A DNA stretch of 64,000 nucleotides, taken from contig CAJFCJ010000019.1 of the NCBI GenBank assembly GCA_904063045.1, forward strand, positions 3,292,684 through 3,356,683, given 5' to 3'. The notes beneath the pieces are model-generated. The model saw only the letters and a program-made list of their open reading frames with translations. It had not been told where the DNA came from and searched no databases. Of the stretch, positions 41,387 through 52,670 are shown piece after piece; within the stretch, counting starts at the first letter, position 1; each line of letters opens with the position of its first letter. Position numbers and translations under genes: made by a program. The DNA is from Dimorphilus gyrociliatus (Eukaryota > Animalia > Annelida).

Positions 41387-43567
41387 TTAATCAACGTTTT
41401 CGGAAGTGGTAACTGTTAGTTTCTTGGCGTTTACTGCCAAATGTTTGACTTTAGGCACCAATTCATTTAGTTGATCTTGAAAATGGTTATCTTCATTACT
41501 ATCCTGACGGTAGACTTGTATAATTAAATCATTACAATCTTGCAATATTTTCTGATCTTCTTCGCTCAAAAACTTCTTCTCCTTCAAGAACTTTATCATA
41601 GTAGGCACAAACTTTCCAGGTGCATGAACCAGAGTTCGGGTAAAAGTATTAATCAGTAATGTTACTGCTAAGTGAAGACAACCAGCTGCATCATTTTCGC
41701 AGCCTACTTTTTCAATATATGCATGACGTAATTCTGATGAAACATCTTTCTCAGCCTGTTTACTCTTTTTTAGCTGAATATTGAAAGAAGAGCAGGCTAA
41801 TGGAAAAGTTACCAAAAATTCTTTTACGGATTTTCCTGAGATTGTCGAGTTTAATTCTTTAAACAAGTCGCGCTCTTTTTCATTCGGTATCTTTTGCAGA
41901 AATTTTGTTCTATCTTCTTTTTTATCGGAAGGCGGTGTCAACATATACTCCGTAGCGACAAGTTTAAATAAAGAATCAACTAGTTCTGTGCCAATGGTCC
42001 GCAAAAAATGTTTAACAAGTGTTTCCTGTGAATCATTATCAAACAAGTCAATTCCTTTCGTATACACATTGGCTGTTGTCCATGTCTTTAATAGAATTTT
42101 CCTTATCTGATCATGTTCAGTTTTCCGTTCAGTAACAGATCCCGATAGTCTTTCTTCCCAAGTTTCTCGTATTATTTCGCAATAGCGTTTTGTAAGTGGT
42201 CTATATAAATTATCGGCTATATCTTCCAATAGTTGCTCATCAGAATCTCTTAATTTATCGGAATTTGATATTCTTTTTAGTATTTGATGAACAGGGATGT
42301 ACTCTGAAGGCTCAGATGATCCCTGATCACTCTCTTCCTTTCTTCGTCCCTTTCCTTTTTTTCCTTTTGTAGGCTTCTCTTCAGAGACCGTTTGCGGGGC
42401 TTGTTTCAAAGTATTACAAAATTCTATAGCCTTCTTCTTCATGTCATCTTCGAAATTCTGCATCAAGTATCTTAGACAATGTTCGGGAACTATATAGTAT
42501 CCAAAAACTTTAGTATTGGATTTGTTTTTGCAAGCTTTTTGCAATATTTGTCCAATGTCATTTTCATCAACTATGGAGGGAAGATGAGGTCTGACATCTA
42601 ATATAGAGCTGCTTGACATTGAATCTTCAATTGTTGCATCTAATTGTTCTATAATAGCTTGACCAATTGCACATGTGCTCAGATAGGTTAAATTTTTATC
42701 AGGAATTTTCTTCTTTATGTAATCTTTAGCATTAGATATGCCGAGACGATGGAGGCTATCATATTCCAAGTAAGCATTTTGAAGGTAAAATGAAGACACG
42801 TATTCTATTTGTTTGGTTGTATAAATATCCGGTACGAAGAAGGCAGAATCAATTTTAGTTCCATTTAAAGTTCCTCTAACTTCTTTCTCTTCAATCAATT
42901 GCTCAGTTAAAGGTATTACGAGCTTTGATTGAATTTCGCAATGTTTAATTACATTCGATAATTGAGCTGGTTTGGTAAGACCGTTTAATGCTCCTCGGAG
43001 CATAAATTTTTGACGCTTTAGAAAATTCTCTGTAAAGATATTATCTTGATCGTTCTTTCTCAATTCACCTTGAATGCGGTTTCCAAGAAATTTTACAAGT
43101 ATACTTTTTCGAATAAAGTCTCCAGGAAGATTATAAGATTTAGAAATTTCCGGGAGAAAGACTTGACCTTTTTCTTTTAATTTATCGTTGATTTCATCAG
43201 CCAAGGATTCTAGGTATGTATCATTTAAAAGTTGACCAAGGATTAATTGCAGACTATGATCTTTGAGGATTTCATTGATTTTGGATTCTATGTGAGTCAA
43301 GTCGACATTAATAGAATTTTGAATGTCAACTATATTCACTCTTCCTCCATTAGCGTCAACTTCTTCAATGATCTGCTTTTCTAATTCTCTTGGAGTCAGA
43401 TATTCTTTACCATCACAAGTATATATTACGTCGATCATTTTTAATTCAATTAATTTTTGAACAATTTCGATACAATTTCTATCTGAAAGTTTTTGTACAT
43501 TTTCAGTTAATTGAGCACGCTGGAAATCAGCGGCTAAACGTTTTATTTCATCCCAAGTTGTCGCCAT
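41387..43567 (-). CDS. UFL1: E3 UFM1-protein ligase 1, single coding exon (726 aa)
   Basis: WDEIKRLAADFQRAQL, KLSDRNCIEIVQKL, IYTCDGKEYLT, GGRVNIVD, KPTKGKKGKGR, HAPGKFVP. Confidence 0.97.
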   Translation of the reverse strand: MATTWDEIKRLAADFQRAQLTENVQKLSDRNCIEIVQKLIELKMIDVIYTCDGKEYLTPRELEKQIIEEVDANGGRVNIVDIQNSINVDLTHIESKINEILKDHSLQLILGQLLNDTYLESLADEINDKLKEKGQVFLPEISKSYNLPGDFIRKSILVKFLGNRIQGELRKNDQDNIFTENFLKRQKFMLRGALNGLTKPAQLSNVIKHCEIQSKLVIPLTEQLIEEKEVRGTLNGTKIDSAFFVPDIYTTKQIEYVSSFYLQNAYLEYDSLHRLGISNAKDYIKKKIPDKNLTYLSTCAIGQAIIEQLDATIEDSMSSSSILDVRPHLPSIVDENDIGQILQKACKNKSNTKVFGYYIVPEHCLRYLMQNFEDDMKKKAIEFCNTLKQAPQTVSEEKPTKGKKGKGRRKEESDQGSSEPSEYIPVHQILKRISNSDKLRDSDEQLLEDIADNLYRPLTKRYCEIIRETWEERLSGSVTERKTEHDQIRKILLKTWTTANVYTKGIDLFDNDSQETLVKHFLRTIGTELVDSLFKLVATEYMLTPPSDKKEDRTKFLQKIPNEKERDLFKELNSTISGKSVKEFLVTFPLACSSFNIQLKKSKQAEKDVSSELRHAYIEKVGCENDAAGCLHLAVTLLINTFTRTLVHAPGKFVPTMIKFLKEKKFLSEEDQKILQDCNDLIIQVYRQDSNEDNHFQDQLNELVPKVKHLAVNAKKLTVTTSENVD

Positions 43568-43934
43568 ATTTTTCTCAATAAAATTTGTATTTTTTACTTT
43601 AAAGTACTGAACAAGTAGAACTCGTCTTAAAGATTAATTAAGGACAATAATTTGAGGTTGTTGACAATCCTGTAAGAGCGTTGTGTATAGTTCAGCAGCG
43701 AAATTTTTACGTATCAACATATGAAAACGTTGCAGCAGATGATGTAAATTAAGAATAATCGTAAAAATTTTAGAAAGAGAATAGTCTTCAGATAGAATCT
43801 CAAACTCTGTCGAAAACATTTCCTATGAAAAGCATTGTCCTGTGTTTTTAGCGCCTAAACGCCAGTTGATGTTTATTCGCAAGTTACTGGCCACCTCACG
43901 CCACACTACTACATTTAACACTTATTTTAAAATC

Positions 43935-46564
43935 ATGTCTCAAAGATCAATCACGTAAAATTCTAAATATTAATAATAGTGAACTATGTCGTTACGATGG
44001 CTATTATTTCAGCTCGTTTTTCTCAAAACCTTCCCAGAAGATATGTACAAGTGCTGTTGAGAAAAAAGAAAAAAGCCCTGAATCAATTATTCCAGAAGAT
44101 TCCCCCATTAAGCAACAAAGGAAACGAAGAAGAATCTATGTTGATGAAGAGGATGAACAAAGACCTTCATCAACTGATTCGGTTTAATTGCTTTTTTTTT
44201 ATAATACTCATGGATAAATTTACGTTTCTCAGACAGAGAATGAGATAGACGATGTTGTTAATAAAGAAAATAATAATGATAATATCAAGGTTGATAAAGA
44301 AGAGGATACTGAGGTGAATGATGTCAATAAAAATTTGATCTAAGGATGATCTGTTTATTTTCTCTAGGTAGAAAATTCTTTTGATGGGAACGATAAAAAC
44401 ACGGACATACAGCAGGAAGAAGTCGAAACAGTAATTATTTGCACTCCACTTCAAAGTAGTTTGTATTCTAATCCTTAATCAGATTAAAGAAGAATGCGAA
44501 TCGGAAAACGAAAAAAAGCCCGAAAAGAAACCAAAAAGTAGCGAAAAGTCAAAAGCAAAAAGTTCAAAGAAAAAAAAAAAAGCGAAAATTTCTCCTAAAA
44601 AGTCTGAGAGACCAAAGTATGTTTGAAGCAATAAATTAAAAAGTTATTTAACATATTTGTTCAAAGATTTTTAGACAATATTCCTTGGAAAGCAGGCGAT
44701 CCGGCTCCTTATGAAGCTCTAGCAGCCACCCTATCAGAAATTGAACAGGAAAGTGGAAGATTAAAATGTATCGAGTATCTTTCAAATTTATTACGTCTTG
44801 TAATGGAGAGATCACCAAATGATACACTTCCTACTCTTTACTTAAGTATGAATCAGCTGGCTCCTGCTTCAGAAGGTCTTGAGCTTGGTGTTGGAGAGTC
44901 TTTGCTATTCAAAGCGCTTGCTCAAGCAACTGGAAGAAGCGTGAATCAAATTAAGGCTGAAGCTAAGTCAAAAGGAGATTTAGGAGTTGTGGCAGAAGCT
45001 TCAAGAAATACTCAAAAAACCATGTTTCAACCTAAGAGACTAACTATTCAATCAGTTTATTCGGGATTAAGACAAATAGCTGAAATGACTGGAAATTCAT
45101 CAATGAATAAAAAAATCGACAAAATACGTTTTCTCCTGGCATCTGCTAAAGACAGTGAAGCTAAATTTGTAATAAGGGCTTTAACCGGTAAATTAAGAAT
45201 AGGTTTAGCGGAGCAATCGGTTCTGCAGGCTCTGGCTTCAGCCTGTGATTCAGAAAACTCTCAATTAGCGGCAGATATAGTCAAAACAACCTATGCTCAG
45301 TGTCCAAGTTTCGATAAAATTATTCCCAATCTTATCAAGTATGGAGTCGACAACTTACTCGATCACTGCCCTTTGGAACCAGGTATGCCCTTAAAACCAA
45401 TGCTTGCTCATCCTACAAAAGGAATTGATGAAGTGCTAAAGCGTTTCGATGCCAAGATTGGCTTTACTTGTGAGCATAAGTACGATGGAGAAAGAGCCCA
45501 GATTCATTTACTTGAAGATGGAACTGTAAAAATATATTCCAGAAACCAAGAAGACAATACTATAAAATACCCTGATATTGTTTCTCGTATTAAGGAATTA
45601 ACAAAAGTAAAAACTGCCATAATAGATTCAGAGGCCGTCGCATGGGATACAAACTTAAAACGAATCTTACCGTTTCAAATGCTATCTACACGTAAAAAGA
45701 AGGTTGATAATGTAGGTGATATTAAAGTACAAGTTTGCGTGTATGCATTTGATATGTTATATGTCGACGGTGAAAGTTTAGTTACAAAACCATTGAAAGA
45801 AAGACGAGATCGTTTAAGGCAATCGTTTGAAATAAAAGAGGGCGAAATGGTTTTAGCAACTGGCGAAGATGCTCATGATGCTGATACTGTTGCAGTTCTT
45901 CTTGACAAAGCTATTAAAGACAGTTGTGAAGGATTAATGTTGAAAGCTTTGGACGATACTTATGAAATTGCCAAGAGGTCTCACAGCTGGCTGAAATTAA
46001 AAAAGGATTATTTAGATAGCGCTGGTGGAGATACCCTTGACTTGATCGTAGTTGGAGCGTATGATGGGACAGGAAAGAGAACAGGACGATTCGGCGGTTT
46101 CTTGCTTGCTTGCTATGACTCAGAAAATGAAGAATATCAGACAATTTGTAAACTTGGAACTGGATTTAGCGATGAGCAATTAGACAAATTTACAGAAATT
46201 CTGAAACCTCTCATAATAGAAACGGTAATACTATATAATTAAACTTTTAATATTTTTATCTTATTATCTGTTACAGCCTAAAGCTTACTATAATCACAAG
46301 ATGTCACCTGACCACTGGCTAGAAGGACAAATTGTTTGGGAGGTAAAGGCAGCAGATCTTAGTATATCACCCGCTCATACGGCAGCAGCTGGTTTAGTGC
46401 ATGAGGAGAAAGGAGTATCTCTGAGATTTCCAAGATTTGTAAGAGTTAGAGATGACAAAAAACCTGAAGATGCAACAAGTGCAGAACAAGTAGCTGGCAT
46501 GTATAAATCACAAGAGCAAGTTCAGGCTTTGAATAGAAACGAAGACAACAGTGAAGACTATTAA
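43935..46564 (+). CDS. LIG1: DNA ligase 1, multi-exon
   Basis: N-terminal PIP box QRSITSFF across intron 1; [71 protein letters not shown]. Confidence 0.97.
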
Positions 46565-47051
46565 CTATTTACAAAATATTTTATAGTACCAATTTAGAGC
46601 ATATATTTTATTTATAAAATACAGTTTTCTAACTCCTCTAAATAGTTTCGCAATACGAAACAACCAGCTTAGGTAAGGTATGACTAAGGCTTAGATATTT
46701 GAAGAATCTACAAATTCTTAATTAACCGAAACTGTTATGAAATGTTAAGCACTTCACAGATTAAATGAACATGAAACACCAGGATAAATTGAAAGTTGTT
46801 TAAAAATATACATTGCCGCCCAACATATTATCGTTCAGGACAATTTTCTTCGGAAACTTTTTTATATATTGACTTTTCCGTTGTTTTTATTGGAAATCAG
46901 CAAACTATTTTTTAAAGTTACATTACTTAATATTATAAAACCGAGTAAATTCCTATTATTTTTAACTAAAAGCAACCGAAAAAAATTAAAAAAAACGTGG
47001 GAATTTTTCGAAGGTGTGACGTTGTCACCACGTACCATATCCGGTTCGGCA

Positions 47052-47677
47052 ATGGAACAATTATACGGAATTCCATTTAACTTTCTAGAATGCCCCAACC
47101 TGAAATTAAAGAAACCCTCATGGGTGAAAGCACCGTCCCCAATGACAGTGTTTGGACTTGTCCTTTTTTCGTACTTTTTAGTAACAGGAGGTACTTGTTA
47201 ATTAATACCTTGAGGGCGATAATATACTGTTTTGAAAATTTTTATTTAGGCATTATCTATGATATAATTGTTGAACCTCCAAGTATCGGATCTACAACAG
47301 ACGAAAAAGGCAACAGTAAACCTGTAAGTTGACTTGAATTCATTTGACGGAAGACAGACTTGTAATACTTGTACTTTTTCTAGGTGGCCTTCATGCCATA
47401 TAGAGTAAACGGCCAATACATTATGGAGGGATTAGCATCTAGTTTCCTCTTCACTCTTGGTGGATTAGGTTTTATTGTGTTAGACCAAACAAATAAACCA
47501 ATGACACCTAGACTCAATCGAATTTTGCTGTTATGTTTTGCTTTCGTTTGCATTCTGGTATCGTTTTTCACAGCCCGAGTCTTCATGAGAATGAAATTAC
47601 CGTAAGTTATAAGAAAAAACCAACTATTATTATCTTTTTAATAATTTATTATTTTTAGGGGATATATGCAATCATAG
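47052..47677 (+). CDS. OSTC: Oligosaccharyltransferase subunit DC2, 4 exons
   Basis: [60 protein letters not shown]. Confidence 0.96.
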
Positions 47678-47858
47678 TGTTGAGTTTGAAGAATAGTAAA
47701 ATAGCATCGAACTTTTCAATCTTTTCTCTTTTTGCGTTTTTCAGAGAAAATTTAAATAAATTAAGAATAGACTAAAAATCGTGTTTGTTTAGACATTACA
47801 GACACATTAGTATACAAAATATTTAAATATATTAATGTAAAAAACAACGAACAATAAT

Positions 47859-48434
47859 TTAGTTTGAAGTAACTTGATTATTACTGTAAGAGAAAAGTCC
47901 ATTTACATATGCGTACTTTATAAGCTGAGTTAGAAATCTTTCATTCGTTAATACCAAGCTCCGTTTACTTCTTATAAATTCCACTGTCTCGATGACTCCC
48001 CAATTTCTTTGTGTCATAATATATGCCGCAGTTATGAATCCACTTCTATTGATACCCATAACGCAGTGAATAAGTATTTTTCCATTTGATTTCCTACAAT
48101 CATCTATGAATTGACATGCTTCGGAAATATGCTGTGTCATATCGTAGCACATGTTATCGTCAGCTGGAAAGGATAAAAAGTTCATATTGAGACCATTTTC
48201 TTGATAAAAAGAGCTATTGAGAGGAACATCACAAGAAGCACAATTCAAAATATAATTAATTCCGAGTTTTTTCAGTAGCTCTGGATTTGATGCTGCTTCA
48301 TCACCTCCTAGATAAAGATATGGAAGAATTTCAGAGTAATTCTCGTTGAATGTAAAATTACTGGCAATGGCTTTTAGATAATTTCTGATTTTCAGCTGAC
48401 TTATGATCTCTCTGTTCTGCTCTTCTTTATCCAT
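47859..48434 (-). CDS. Atypical dual-specificity phosphatase, intronless, 191 aa
   Basis: EILPYLYLG, LGINYILNCA, FPADD acid loop, HCVMGINRS catalytic motif, AAYIM, NERFLTQL. Confidence 0.92.
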   Translation of the reverse strand: MDKEEQNREIISQLKIRNYLKAIASNFTFNENYSEILPYLYLGGDEAASNPELLKKLGINYILNCASCDVPLNSSFYQENGLNMNFLSFPADDNMCYDMTQHISEACQFIDDCRKSNGKILIHCVMGINRSGFITAAYIMTQRNWGVIETVEFIRSKRSLVLTNERFLTQLIKYAYVNGLFSYSNNQVTSN

Positions 48435-48823
48435 TTTTTTAGAACCTGAGTGAGTATTTGAGAAGAGCCTCCGTTGCTATAAAAAAGCAGAATTACTGCC
48501 ACTCGAGAGATACGCTTTTATATAGTCAGGATAATTGCGAAATCATGATATGCGAAAGATTATTTCCTATACATAGGGGTGTTTTCGCAATAAGGCTTGA
48601 CCTAAGACTATTACGACCTCAGTGCAAATCGGATGAAAACATAACTTAAATATGACTAAGATTTAGTTTATTGCGAAACTTTGTACTTTCTACAATGTCT
48701 GTCGTTATCGCTCACGTGTTTACAACTAATTTTTTAACGATGTCCATGCTCCGCCATTGCAAGGCCGGCAGACAACAATATCGGCGCACTACTTTGAAAG
48801 ATTAGTTTGTTTAGGCTAGAAAT

Positions 48824-50545
48824 ATGGAAGGTAATCTCAACACTTCACAAATAAAACGAGTTGCAGTAAAATGCGAAGATAGATCAGAAAATTTTAAGTA
48901 TCAAACAAGTGATAAAAACTTTCAAAGACAATTCGCTCATATTTATTCCGAGAGATTATTGACTTTAAGACCAAAATTAGAAAAAGCAGTTAAAGAAGTT
49001 TTCGGTAAATAATCACATGCAATAAGATAATATTTTCTTATCGTAATTCGTACTTTATAGACTTGCCTATTTATAAATTAAAAGATTTACAAACGAATAA
49101 AAGATGTGTTATCATTGGTACCCTATTCAAATCGATGCAACTTAGACCAACAATTTTGAAGGAAATAAGTGAAGAAAATGATATACCCCCCCAACCTATG
49201 GATTGTTATATAGATGAATCTGATGAACTTTATCTTGAAGATGAAGTACAGAGAATTATATTAGTTGGCAATATAAAAGCTTCCGACTATGTCACAGGTA
49301 TTACAAATACAAAAAATTGTAAATTTATAGTAAATTAACTATTTTAGGAGTTACAACGGCTATAGTTGGTCTAGAGAAAGAAGAAGATCATGGTAAATTC
49401 TATGTTGAAGAGGTGTTTGAGTTACCACTTCCGGAACAACGTGCGAAACCCAGTCTATCAGATGACATGTAATAATTCATGGTTAACTTTTTAAATTGTA
49501 AATATAGTTGTCTTTTGCAGGTGGATAGCCTTCGTGTCGGGTTTAGATCTCGATGGTGCCAACGATGACTTGGTATCCCTTCAGTTGCTTGTTGATTACT
49601 TGACTGGAATCCTTGGTTGTGATGAAGATCAGGCCAAAATTTCAAAGATTACGCGGTGTATTTTTGCTGGAAACTGTTTAAATGCTGCTACTGTAGATAA
49701 GAATAGTGTACAAAAGGCCAAATATCTTAGCAAAAAAAGCACATCAGGAAGTTTGGAAGCCATGCGAGAACTAGACCATTTTTTAAGCCAAATAGTGGTA
49801 TATTTTCCATCTGAATTAGATGTATCAGCACAAAATTTATTTACTATTTTGCAGAGTAACATGAACGTTACTTTACTACCAGGGAAAAATGATCCAGCAA
49901 ATTATGCTTTACCTCAACAACAGTTTCACAAGTGCATGTTTCCAAGTGCTGGGAAAAACACAAATTTTCATTTAACCACCAATCCTTGTTCCCTGAATAT
50001 TCATGGTTTTGATGTATTAGGTAAAGTCAAGTAATTAAAGTTTAACGTACTTTATTATCATTTGTTTAACACAGGTCACAGCGGTACCCCACTTCATAAC
50101 ATATCTGAGTACTCCTCTCTAAAGTCTGACACAAGTCTTCTTTTCAAGACACTAAAGTGGAGACACCTTGCCCCAACTGCTCCCGACACTCTAGGTTAAT
50201 TTATATTTGTGTAATGTTGCACTTTTAATATCTGTTTCTTTTCGACAGCTTGCTATCCACTTTTCAACCGAGATCCATTTATTGTTGAAACAACGCCTCA
50301 TATATTTTTTTCGGGAAATCATGATAGACTTCAACATAAAATTTTTGAAGGTAAAATCAAAGAAACCTCTAAGGCTGTTTTATGTAAAATAAAAATTATT
50401 TATTCCTGTTTTAGAAAACGGTAAAGAAGTACTATTACTTGGTCTACCTCGATTCTCTGTAACAAAGACGTTTGCATTGGTTAATTTAAAAACTTATGAA
50501 GTTTGTCCTGTAACTATTGATACTTGCATCGAAGAATCAAGTTGA
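48824..50545 (+). CDS. POLD2: DNA polymerase delta subunit 2, multi-exon
   Basis: FQRQFAHIYSERL, IIGTLFKSM, LEDEVQRI, SGLDL, LPGKNDPANYALPQQQFHKCMFP, WRHLAPTAPDTL, PHIFFSGN. Confidence 0.96.
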
Positions 50546-50819
50546 CTGATTTTATTTGTGCACATTGAATATATTTTTAACTTTTTTTAAACTTTGTCGG
50601 ATAATAAATTTTCTAAAGTCTGCTTGTTGAACTCCTAGTATTAAAGTCTCAGCTTTTATTTATTGTTTTTTAATATTCATATCTGAAAGCAATTTAAGAA
50701 TTCCAGTATTTTTAAAAATAGTGCTGTTACATTGGGTTCGGGTTATTGAAAAATTACACTAGATGGCGCGTTTATATTTCACAAAAAAAGTGCGTTCCTT
50801 GTACGTAAGGCCAACCAAA

Positions 50820-51936
50820 ATGGCGAATCGAACTGTTAAAGAAGCAAAATCTATTAAAGGGACAAACCCACAGTATTTAATAGAAAAAATCATAAGATCT
50901 CGTATATATGAATGCAAATTTTGGAAAGAAGAATGCTTTGCACTTAGTGGTAATTTAATTTCTATTTTATCTATACTTTTTTCATAAATAATAAAATACC
51001 GGCAACAATTTCCAACAGATCTCAATTATTTCTTGTATTTATCCAATAAGTATTGTATAAAATCTACTAATATACACCTTTGTTTCTATTTCAGCTGAAC
51101 TCTTGGTTGATAAAGCTCTTCAATTAAGATTTATAGGAGGGACTTACGGAGGAAATATAAAGCCAACGCCATTCTTATGTTTAATTCTTAAAATGCTTCA
51201 AATCCAACCTGATAAAGACATTGTTGTAGAATTTATCACTCAACAAGATTTTAAATATGTTCGAGCTTTAGGGGCTTTTTACATGAGATTAACAGGAACA
51301 GCCCTTGATTGTTATAAATATTTAGAACCGTTATATCTCGATTATAGAAAACTACGTTTTCAAAATAAAATTGGGGGCTTCGAGTTACTTCATATGGACG
51401 AATTTATTGATCAAATATTTGTTGACGAACGGGTATGTGATATTATACTTCCACGACTCACAAAACGATCAACGTTGGAGGAAAATAATCGCTTAGAACC
51501 TCGAGTATCTGCACTGGAAGATGATTTAGAAATGATGGAAGAATCTGCTCCTCCCCCCAAGTCTTCAAAGAAAGAAGAAAAAGAAAAAAACAAAGATAGA
51601 GAAAAGAGTAAAAAAGAAAAAAGAAAACGGAGGTCTAGGTCTAGAGATAGAGATCGAAGATCATCCCGATCCAGGTCACCGAAGCATAGAAGAAAGGATA
51701 GAGACAGAGACAGGGATCGGGACAGAGACAGAGATCGGGACAGGGATAGAGACAGGGATAGGGACAGAGACCGGGATAGGGAGAGAGATAGAGACCGGGA
51801 TAGGGGTAGGGATAGAGACAGGGACCGAGACAGAGATCGAGACCGAGAAAAGGACTCAAAGGCTAAGGAAAAGGAAGAAATTGAGGAACAAAATGCTCTC
51901 AGAGCCAAATTGGGTTTGGCACCTTTGAGACCATAA
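50820..51936 (+). CDS. PRPF38A: Pre-mRNA splicing factor 38A; exons 50820-50949, 51094-51936
   Basis: MANRTVKEAKSIKGTNPQYLIEKIIRSRIY, KPTPFLCLILKMLQIQP, YVRALGAFYMRL; RS/RD tail; NALRAKLGLAPL. Confidence 0.97.
51697..51849 (+). repeat. Coding Arg-Asp dipeptide repeat (~25 units) in PRPF38A
   Basis: gat/gac alternating with aga/agg/cgg/cga. Confidence 0.95.
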
Positions 51937-52400
51937 TTTTTTTTATTCGTGTATACTTGTACATAGTTTCAGTTGAACTTGTTAATACATTGAAAATATT
52001 ATAACTATCAATTTATTAACGTCATTTATTAAAGCTAGTGTTATAGTTTACTGTATATAATGCTTAAGTACTTTTTAATATTGTTGGTTAATGAAATTCT
52101 CGTTCAAGTATCTCCATTTTAATTTGGAAAACCGGGTAATCTTTTTAACATGTGTTTAAGTTTGAAAATTAAATGGAACAGCAAAGTAATTTTTAAAGTT
52201 TTAAACTCCATGTTTATTATAACGTTGAAAAGCCTAAAGCGTTTATTCGTAAAAAATAGGGAAAATATAAATTAAAATCATGCTTATTTATAAACTTAAT
52301 ATCATGTCATTATCAAATCATTGTATTTCGTAATTAAGAAAGTTCGGATAAGCACCTAAAAAGTAGTAAGTAGTGTACCACATATTGAACTAAGACTCAA

Positions 52401-52410
52401 GTCACGTGAC
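52401..52410. promoter_or_regulatory. Perfect GTCACGTGAC palindrome (CLEAR/USF-type E-box) upstream of SGPL1
   Basis: Exact 10-mer ~260 nt before the candidate ATG; function inferred. Confidence 0.45.
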
Positions 52411-52670
52411 AAATGTAGCAGAAGTCACTAAAATTGATTGTACGAATATTTCACTTGTTAAAGTTATTTCTACTTAGAAAAGTAAATAGTGAGAGCTAGA
52501 GTATTTTTTCATGTCTATAATTTAAACTTGCAATTAAACCGATGGTAGATAGAGTATTTATCCATTATACTTTTTGTTTTTCGTTGGGTTCATCATTCTC
52601 GTTACAACTTAATCTTATCTATTATTATAAAAGGTGCAGAGATCACGTTTTGAATCATTCCGACTTCAAC

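Noticed and set aside
50763-50819. Upstream in-frame ATG extending PRPF38A by 19 aa
   Set aside because: Conserved start is MANRTV; the upstream ATG sits in a YY1-like AGATGGCG motif, probably near or before the TSS.
51411-51908. 165-aa Ser/Leu-repeat antisense ORF
   Set aside because: Reverse complement of the RD/RS repeat; stop-free for compositional reasons.
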